In this document: in pieces, positions 54,392 through 64,000 of the stretch
How positions within the stretch are numbered: the stretch's first letter is position 1
How the letters are laid out: every line of letters begins with the position of its first letter
Source of the DNA: the human T2T-CHM13v2.0 reference genome, Homo sapiens
NCBI RefSeq assembly: GCF_009914755.1
Contig: NC_060930.1
DNA length: 64,000 nt
Reading direction: 5' to 3' (one strand)
The notes under the pieces: model-generated
Told to the model about the DNA's origin: nothing
What the model saw: only the letters and a program-made list of their open reading frames with translations
Database searches by the model: none
Program-made: the position numbers and the translations under genes

Positions 54392-56708
54392 TGTATTAGT
54401 TTTTTCTCACACTGCTGATAAAGACATACCTAAGACTGGGCAATTTACAAAAGGAAGAGGTTTAATTGCATTTACAATTCCACGTGTCTGGGAAAGCGTC
54501 ACAATCATGGCAGATGGCAAGGAATTGCAAATCCTGTCTTACATGGATGGCAGCAAGCAAAGAGGGAATGAGAGGCAAAAGCAGAAACCCCTGACAAAAC
54601 CATCAGATCTCATAAGACTTATTCACTGCCAGGAGAACAGTATGGGGGAAGTGCCACCATTAATCAATTATCTCCTCCTACTTGGTCCCTCCCACAACAC
54701 ATGGGAATTTTGGGAGTACAATTCAAGATGAGATTTGTGTGGGGACACAGCCAAAGCATATCATTCTGTCCCTGGCCCCTCCCAAATCTCATATCTTCAC
54801 ATTTCAAAACCAATCATGCCTTCCCAACAGTCCCCCAAAGTCTTAATTCATTTCAGCATTAACTCAAAAGCCCACAGTCCAAAGTCTTATCTGAGACAAG
54901 GTAAGTCCTTTCCACCTATGAGCCTGTAAAATCAAAAGCAAGCTAGTCATTTCCCAAATACATTGGGGGTACAGAAATTGGGCAGATGCAACCATTCCAA
55001 AAGGGAGAAATTGGCCAAAACAAAGGGGCTACAGGGCCCATGGAAGTCCAAAATCCATCAGGGCAGTAAAATCTTAAAGCTCTAAAGTGATCTCCTTTGA
55101 CTCCATGTCTCATATCCAGGTCATGCTGATGCAAGAGATGAGTCCCTATGGTCTTGGGCAATTCCATCCCTGTGGCTTTGCAGGGTACAACATCCCTCCT
55201 GGCTGCTTTCATGGGCTGGCATTGAGTGTCTGTGGCTTTTACAGGTGTACGGTGCAAGCTGTTGGCTGATCTACCATTCTGGGATCTGGAGGATGGTGGC
55301 CCTCTTCTCACAGCTCCACTAGGCTGTGCCCCAAGAGGGAGTCTGTGTAGGGATTTTGAACCCACATTTCCCTTCTGCACTGCCCTAGCAAACATTTTCC
55401 ATGAGGGCCCCACCCCTGCAGCAAACTTCTGCCTGGGCATCCAGGTATTTCCATACATCTTCTGAAACTAGGCAGAGGTTCCCAAACCTCAATTCTTGAC
55501 TTCTGTGCACCTTCAGGCTCAACACCACATGGAAGCTGCCAAGGCTTGGGGCTTGCACCATCTGAAGCCATCACTTGAGCTCTATGTTGGCCTCTTTCAG
55601 TCATGGCTGGAACAGCTAGGACACAGGGCACCAAGTCCCTAGGGTGCACACAGCTCAGGAACCCTGGGCCTGGCCCACAAAACCGCTTTTTCCTCTTAGG
55701 CCTCTGGGCCTGTGACAGGAGGGGCTACTGTGACAACTTCTGACATGCCCTGGAGACATTTTCTCCATTGTCTTGGGTATTAACATTCGGCTCCTCATTA
55801 CTTATGCAAATTTCTGTAGCCAGCTTGAATATCTCCTCAGAAAATGGGATTTTCTTTTCTACCACATTGTCAGGCTGCAAATTTTCCAAACTTTTTTGCT
55901 GTGCTTCCCTTAAAAACTGAATGCCTTTAGCAGCACCCAAATCACCTCTTTAATGCTTTGCTGCTTAGAAATTTCTTCCTCCAGACACCCTAAATCATCT
56001 CTCTCAAGTTCAAAGTTTCACAAATCTCTAGGGCAGCAGCAAAATGCTGCCAGTCTTTTTCTAAAACATAACAAGAATCACCTTTGCTCCAGTCCCCAAT
56101 AAGTTCCTCATCTCCATCTGAGACCACCTCAGCCTGGACCTTATTGTCCATATCGCTATCAGGCTTTTGGTCAAAGCCATTCAACAAGTCTCTAGAAAGT
56201 TCCAACTTCCCAACATTTTCCTATCTCTTCTGAGCCCTCTAAACTGTTCCAACCTCTGCCTTTTACCCAGTTCCAAAGTTGCTTCCACGTTTTCAGGTAT
56301 CTTTTCAGCAACGCCCCACTTTACTGGTAGCAATTTACTGTATTAGTCTGTTCCCACGCAGCAAAGACATACCCAAGACTGGGCAATTTACAAAAGAATC
56401 AGGTTTGTTTGGACTTACAGTTCCACATGGCTTGGGAAGCCTCACAATCATGGCAGAAGGCAAGGAGGAGCATGTCCTTTCTTACATGGATGGCAGCAGG
56501 CAAAGACAGAATGAAGGAGATGCAAAAGAGGAAACCCCTGACAAAACCATCAGATCACGTGAGACTTAATCACCACCATAATAGCAGCATGAGGGACACT
56601 GTCCCCATGATTCAATTATCTCCTTCCACTGGGTCCCTCCCACACATGGGAATTATGGAAGTACAATTCAATATGAGATTTGGATGGGGACACACCCAAA
56701 CTGTATCA
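54392..56708 (-). mobile_element. Full-length THE1 (A-like) provirus: LTR 54392-54763, internal, LTR 56339-56708
   Basis: two LTRs with gactgggcaatttacaaaag; TSD tcggt/taggt. Confidence 0.93.
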
Positions 56709-57279
56709 TAGGTTGCTGGGTATTGTGAGGAAGGAAGTAGTGGTAGTTCAGCATGGCGTGTTGAAACTTGAGCAAAATGGGGAGATCTGTGCAGCCATGT
56801 ATGGGTTGTTCCAGCTGAAGCAAGGAAGGAGAATATCCACTTGGGAGAGAAGTGGTAATAGCCCGGCACACAGTGTCAGAGCCCAAGGAGAGTGACGAAG
56901 TCATTTGTACAGAGGGGAACAGTGATGGTAGAGAAGGATTGGTTATAATAAGTAAATATATTGAGAATAACAAGCCAGGTTTTTCACCATCAGCAAAAAG
57001 AATTACAAATAGATTTACAAATAAGAAGAGAAAGCTAGGGTTAAAAAGAATTAATGTAGCATTTAAAATGCCAAACTTTCTCACAGGGAAAAGCTTAAAC
57101 TCTAGCTTATCGTTTTGAAAATGTATATCTTTATCATTAAAAACTCGGATATAAGATTTTTAAAAATAAGTTGATTAAGATTTTTTTATCCTCATATAAT
57201 GTTTCACAAAAGTGTATTTGTCATGCCATGAAGATTTTAGACAATACTTAAAGTCACTTCTGTGGGAGACTTTCCTATT

Positions 57280-57965
57280 CACTGTGTTAGCTGAGGGGCC
57301 GTCACATGTGTATCATATGACTGCCACTTCCCTACTTCTGGATAGGGAATTCATGACCCAATAGCAGCCAAATCATAGCTTGTCTAGATATTAGTGGAGT
57401 GTTCTGGTTTGAAAGCTCTGCCCTGAGTTAGTTAGGCAATCAATTCTTGTTCTTGAATCTAGAAACACAGAGAAGCAAGCAGTTACTTGTAAAATCTAAA
57501 ATGCAAAGAATGCAATTCAGAGACAAGGTGAGTCAAAATTAAGAAAAACGATATATAGAAACAAGAACAATGAATTATTAAAAGAGTACACATTATAACA
57601 GAGGTTCTAGATGAACATGAGTGTGGGGTATACTTTCTGAGAAAGAAGGTTCTCAGGGCAAGAGTGGAATAAGCTTGAAAATATCTGGCAAGAGATTTAG
57701 AGCAGAAAGAGAGAAAGCCCAAGAGATGAAGACACATTGGAAAGTTGTTAAGAAGCAGTAATAGTGAGGCACTAAAGTGAAGATTTGTAATTTTTCCTGC
57801 GAACTTGCTAGAGCTGCCTTAGTTAGACCTTCTAGTGTGTCTCTAAGTCCACATGCTAGTATAGTTTGCAGCATATGATTATAATCACATTTATCTTTAT
57901 AATAAGTTATCACCAACTTGAGCTACCTTCAGTGAGTTTATTTTCCTTATAACCATTAAATGTCC
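57280..57965 (+). mobile_element. Old MaLR/ERVL LTR remnant
   Basis: catgacccaatagcagccaaatca and 3' acttgagcta...gtgagtttattttccttataacca. Confidence 0.45.
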
Positions 57966-58249
57966 AGCAAAAAACTTACTCTCATTTCATTCCATAAGTA
58001 TTTCTTGATCACCTGGAATGTACAATGCCCTGTGGTAAACGACATGGAATACATACATGTATATTTAAAAATGAATTGTTCACAAGTTCTATTCTTAATA
58101 AACTTGTCATCTATGGGGGGAAAAGCTTTATACCACTAATTGTGAACTTAATATTAAACAAATCATAAAACATACCTGAAAAAGGAAAGGTCAATGTTCA
58201 CAATAAGAATTTTGCTTTCTATTTTCCAGTATTATGTTCTGTTAATTAA

Positions 58250-58584
58250 GTGACATTATGTCTTTTGTGGGAATGTAGATGGAACTGGAGGCCATTATCC
58301 TTAGTAAATTAATGCAGGAACAGAAAATCAAATACCATGTGTTCTCACTTATAAGTGGAAGCTAAATATGATGAGAATTTATGGACACAATGAAAGGAAC
58401 AACACACACTGGGGCCTTGAGGGTAGAGCAGGGAGGAAGGAGAGGATCAGAAAAAATAACATTGGGTACTAGGCTTAGTACCTGGTTGATGAAATAATCT
58501 GTACACCAAACCCCTGTGACATTTAGTTCACCTACATAACAAACCTGCACATGTACCCCTGAACCAAAAATAAAAGTTAAAAAA
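58250..58584 (+). mobile_element. L1PA15/16-like 3' end
   Basis: ggatcagaaaaaataac...gatgaaataatctgtacaccaaacccc...aaaataaaagttaaaaaa. Confidence 0.88.
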
Positions 58585-61500
58585 GAGTCTTCTATGTTGT
58601 AATCCACATATGCTAACTAGAAGTGATGTTTGATCTCAAACACAAAACTTGAGAATATCGCATACATTTTGAAGAAAAATTTGTTTTTTCACTGTTTCCT
58701 GTATTGAGAAAAATAGGAAACTGACTATCCTTGTAGCATGATTTTTTCTAGAAAATAAATGTGATCACTGTTGCAACTCAATTAATGGCAAACATATTCA
58801 TGTTTTACACATCAAAATTCTTACCTTTAATTGTTATATCCATATTTTGCAAATATTACTTTAAAAAATCAGTCTTCCCCAAAGCATTTTTTAAAAAATA
58901 AGAAGGGAGTCTTTGTTAATGATGACAGTTGTTCAGAGTTTGATATTGTCTGTCTGAGGACACTGCAGAATTATCTAAAGTCATCACAGTCATGAGTAAT
59001 TATGAGTGAGGACTATTCTGATTACACTGACAAGACAAGAAGTAGGTTAAGAGAGGAGCAGATGGGACTCAGATTAAAAAATTAGAATGACATTTCAACT
59101 CTAACTGAAATATGCTTTTTTGGCATGAAGAAAGAATTCCTCTTCCCAGAAATTTTTGAGGACAATGAAGACTATAGTATAGTGCTTTTCAGAAGCAGAA
59201 AGATAGATTTAGGTTTTCCATTTTAATTAGATTCTGATTCTGACTCTAAATATATATTTTGTTATAAAAGATACTTATACACCTGAACAAATGATGTCAT
59301 TAAAGGTAAAATGTTTCTTCTGTAAATTTCTGTAAATTTCACACTTTGCAGCAAAAATATAAATATATGTTTACAGACACCTATACATACATATTAATAA
59401 CTACCTAGATAGCTTTTCAAAGGAGCTTTATAATTATTTCCTGAAAGTACAGTATTTGTTTTAACTGTTCACTAATCCATTCATAAAATATTCACTGAAT
59501 GCCAGTAATGTGCTATATATCAAGATGGTTGCTATGAGGATATAAAGGCAACCTGCATTATATTATATGAAAAGGTTATCAACTAAACTTAATAAACTGG
59601 GATACGCTGTCTTTAGGCATCACATCTGGCACTGAATAAGGAGCTAATTTTATTGAAGTAGCTTATCCTTTTTTCTTGTTGTTTTTGAATTATGGCATTC
59701 AAACAAATAGCCCTATTAATGGAAACAGAAGGAAAAAAACCATAATATTCTTTATTGCACAAAAATCTCAGGATGTTTCAGAATGAGAACTCCCTACAAG
59801 CAAAACAAATTGATTAAAGCTAAGTTACAATATTGATTATACTCCTTTATTTTTATACAATCAACACTTCTATAACTCTAGAGTCAAGCTAGTAAAATGA
59901 CTAATTAAAATATTATTAAATTGGGTCAATAATGGAATGGTATATAGATCTAAATTGGCTTTTAATAATCTTGAAATTCTGCTTTATTTCCTTAAGCAAT
60001 AAAAAGTGAAAAATGTGAAGTAAATTAAGTGTACTCAAACACTGCACAGTGCAGAGAGTTGGGATTAGATAGTTTATGAAAGCAATCTAACTTTATATAA
60101 ATAAAAACAATGGTGATGATGAGTTCTTTAAAAAGAATGAATGAGACAGATAATCACAATTTAGTATTCAGAAATGTAAGCCATAAAAAGAATCAAGTGG
60201 ATAAAATAGTCTCCCCACTGAGCATCATATTTTCTATTATCTTGTACAGGATGTGAAATTTACAGAAGAAACATTTTACCTTTAATGAACTCTAATTTTG
60301 ATAATCGAGTTTCCAATTAACAGGGTAATTGCAAGGGTAGATTAATGTCACAATTCTCATTGAGTTATCTTACAGCTACTCTCTATGTGTGTGGTAAATA
60401 TTCTGTGTACATTTTTTTCTTAACATTTCTTCAACCCAGATTTTACCTTAACATAATTGACAAATTTGGAGGGCATATTTTACTACAAGAGCCTGAGGAC
60501 CTGATCCTATCATTAAAAGCACCCCAGGAAGAAAAATCCAAATGCAAATTTCAACTGACCTTTGCGGAAACAACTCATATTATTTTGCATCAGTAGCCAC
60601 TAGAGATTTGTCTGGCTATATATGGATTTCCACATCTGTCAGCTCTAAGTGCACTTCATCTGTCTGCTAAATCAGAGAGACAGAAATAGATGACAGTGAT
60701 CAAGACTTTGAGCTTCTCTTAAATTAGCCACATTATGAGGTAAAGTTGGTTTCTCCACTGGGCTTTCATTCTAAAGGTTTACTCATAAGAAACTTAGAGA
60801 AAAGAACACATTAGAAAAGCAAATGGAGTCTTACCTCTTCCTTTCTGTAATTTTTTTTTTCTCTTGGAATGGAGTGCTGACCATACAGCCTGTCTGGGGG
60901 TAGGTCCTGCTGGGAGAACTGAGCATAAATTTCTCTTGTTTGTAGCTACCTGTGCTCTGCTACCAAAGAACAACATCAGCAAGGGCTATAACAAACTTCA
61001 CCTGTGCCCAGATTCCCCTACAGATCCCTGTTACTAAGCCCCTACTGTTTCCTCCCTTTGTGAGCTGATTAAAAGATAATAATAAAACCTTACTCACCCT
61101 TGGACATGAGTCCAGAGTGATATATACACCAGCTGCTAGCATGGAAAATGCATTGATTTTTTCCCCTTAGTCTTTTCCATCTACACTCTTCATTAAATAA
61201 AGGGAAAATGGGATGAGATAGAGAACCACAACCACTTGTTTAGGAGAGCACACTCTACCTAACATTTGGCTTCCCAGTTTGACCATTAGACTTTGGAAAA
61301 AATTTTCTAAACTAGGGTTAAAGGAAAGCCAGTCACCTCCGAGTCATACTATGTATTATTTTCCACAGTGTGATCAGGTGGAAAGAAAGAGTTGATGATA
61401 AAAAAAAATAAAGAGAGAAATACCTTTCTGTAGAGAGTTCAAGAACAAAAGTTTTTCACTTGGCCTGATAGAGCTCCATCCCTCTCCCCACTTTAGGACT

Positions 61501-62724
61501 AAAATAGAGGCTGGTTTATTTAGCACAGAAGAGAGCAAATAAGTTTAAAACCTGCGTCCATGATTCACATCCTTACCGATGTGTTCACTGCTTCCTGGGT
61601 ACAGGAACATTAACCTAATGATAAGACTGTGTCTTCTCTATCATCTGACACTTAGAGGTGCTGAGTGTTAAATATTACTTGGCCAATTACAAACAGGCTA
61701 CCTTAGCTAGAAGCCCGACATTTTGTTCTATATGAATGGAAGTGAATCATTGAAGTATATAAAGAGCTTGATCATCACTCTCCCAAAGATGTTAAACTTA
61801 TTCCTAATGCCTTGATTTTATGGAAGGTCTAGGGAGTTTCAAGGAAAAATATGGATATGTAGTACATAATCAGATCATTATAATTCATTATATGGTGTTA
61901 ACATTGTACTTCTTGGCAAGCCAAGGAATTCTTGATGCATGCCAAATGTCATTTTCTAGCCAAAAATTCTTAAGGTAATATCATCAATTCCTTCTACGTT
62001 AAGTTTAATAATTAAGTAGGGCTTTCAAACTCATGTTAATGTATTTTACATTATTACTCAGGGCAATTTTATATTAACTACAATTCAGTACCTATTGCCC
62101 TTACAAATTTCCTATCTACATTAATAATCTTTCTACCCCTTTTCAGCTCTAAAATAAACTAACATTATTATTTTCTGTGCTACTAATAAAAGTCTTCAAA
62201 CATCTACTTTTTAGGCCAGCTGGAATTTAACTTAGGTAAAATGGAAGAAGAGAAGGAGGAGTAGAAGAAAACACACTTGATGATATCACAAATACCTTGG
62301 TGAAATGCATCTATTTTTACTTATCAAAGGATATTTCTTCTAACATCTCTTCTTATTCATCTGATGTTTCCTTTCAAAAACAGACTTGAAGTTTCCAAGA
62401 CAGGGCAAGAGATACTCTTCAGTTTCTCAGAAGTATGTCTTCATCTGGGAAGACTGGCAATAGCTGATTAGTTGTTCTAGAATAATCAAAAAGGACCTGG
62501 CAATTATATATATTTACTTCAGATACACGAGTCATAAAAGCATGGATATATCCACAACCCCATCTAACACACATTGCCTTTACATTTAAATAATATACAT
62601 GCCTTACATCTTTATTATAAATGTAATAAACAATATTTCCAAAATTAATGTTACCAAGTAGAAAGGGCTACACCAACTATGGAGGAGCACATAATCTGTT
62701 GCTCCAGAACACTAAAGACAGGAA

Positions 62725-62860
62725 ACAAAGGTGCCTCTGTGACCTAAGGCAAATTATTTATACTGTATGTTTCTCACATTTCTCACCTATAGAAGGGAGT
62801 TACTAATACCCATTTCATAATATTATTGTAAAAATTAAAATAATTTCATTAGTACATTAT
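62725..62860 (+). mobile_element. MIR remnant
   Basis: ctgtgacctaaggcaaattattta...tttctcacctatagaaggga. Confidence 0.65.
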
Positions 62861-63719
62861 AGTCAATTTATATGAAATGTGTCTATCCTTGTTTAGAGCA
62901 AGTATGTAAAAACAAAAAGAAAGAAAAAGAAGAAACAAGACAAAAGTCTATCCATTCCTCACTTCTCTTATTTTTAATTATTATTTTAAATTATTTCCTG
63001 GTCATTAATCACCTCTTATTTCCCAGTCGTTTGTTTTCCTCTTCCTATCTAAAGATTTTTACGGCTCAAATTCTTGAAATATGGCTTCACCATTTCCAGT
63101 TTGTGTTATTATTGAAACAGGTGTACTCTACTTTGTATTGTCACTCACTCTGATTGCCAAAGGTGGGGGAGGGGGTAAGCAGCTTGTAATACCTCTTCCT
63201 GCCAAGTGATCTATTTCTCTCGTTCCCCACTCTTCTCCCACCCTCCATCATTCTTATGCTCTGAGGCTTCTCTTCATTTTCCTAAGATTATATCTGAATT
63301 TCCTTTTAAAGTACACTTGGACTGTTTTAAATGATATCTCTATAGGAGAGTATAACACAGCATCTCCTAACTCTCCATGAAAAACAAATTAACCCCCTCA
63401 AAAAAAAAACTCAAACTAACAATAAAAAAAAACTAAGACAACACAGAAAAGAAGACAAAACCATACTGTCTATGCTCTGTTAACTTTTATGTTGTGAAGA
63501 GATGGATGGGAAACCTAATGTCAGAGTCTGGGACAAGTGTAGATCTGTATGTAAGGCCACCTACATTCATTATCTGCAGGTCTCTGAAAGTAGGAGGCAG
63601 TCAAGTGAAGCAAACAGAGCATGCATGGTGAAGCAATGCATTCTGGGAGAAGAACAAGAGCTGCACACAGCAATTCACTTCCAGCTCTTTATCTGAAAAC
63701 ATTTGACAGCCACCCAAGT

Positions 63720-64000
63720 GGCTTTTTTTCCTGTGCTTATTTTATCAAGTACCTGTTTATGCTTTGTATTCATTTTCCTATGGGGTATCTATATTTTTTA
63801 TTGATTTTTGGAGTTATTTATATAATCTATATACAAGCCCACTGTCACATGTACACATTGCAAATGTCTTGTTCTGCAGTGTGCTGTTTTACTCTTAATT
63901 TTTCTTAAAATATGTTCTTAGTTTTAATATAGTTCAACTTAATAATTTCCTTTAAGATTAGAGTTTTGTGTTCTGTTTTAGGAATCTATGCCTGTCCCAA
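63720..64000 (-). mobile_element. Old L1M ORF2 remnant (runs off window)
   Basis: ttattgatttttggagttatttatat...cattgcaaatgtcttgttc antisense L1. Confidence 0.6.

Overview
AT-rich, CpG-poor primate (human-like) genomic DNA with no intact protein-coding gene. Much of the window is transposon relics: a full-length but inactivated L1PA4-like LINE-1 (47880-54022), two full-length THE1 MaLR proviruses, solo THE1/MST/MLT1 LTRs, four Alus, older L1M/L1PB pieces, L2, MIR, MER5A, MER47A, an ERVL-class pol fragment and an RTE-type LINE fragment. Nearly all long ORFs in the supplied track come from these repeats. The main result is in the repeat-free gaps between ~5.6 and ~28.6 kb on the minus strand: about 15 segments mostly bounded by AG...GT splice signals, joining largely in phase and full of stops and frameshifts. 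Their hand translations repeatedly resemble dystroglycan (DAG1) modules (cadherin-like CADG, S6-like and SEA-like) and end in a hydrophobic stretch with a basic tail. I read this as a long-dead, intron-containing (unitary) pseudogene of a dystroglycan-like type I membrane protein. All DAG1 comparisons were made by eye against the human DAG1 sequence as I recall it; no search was run. Repeat subfamily names are also by eye and need RepeatMasker/Dfam confirmation.
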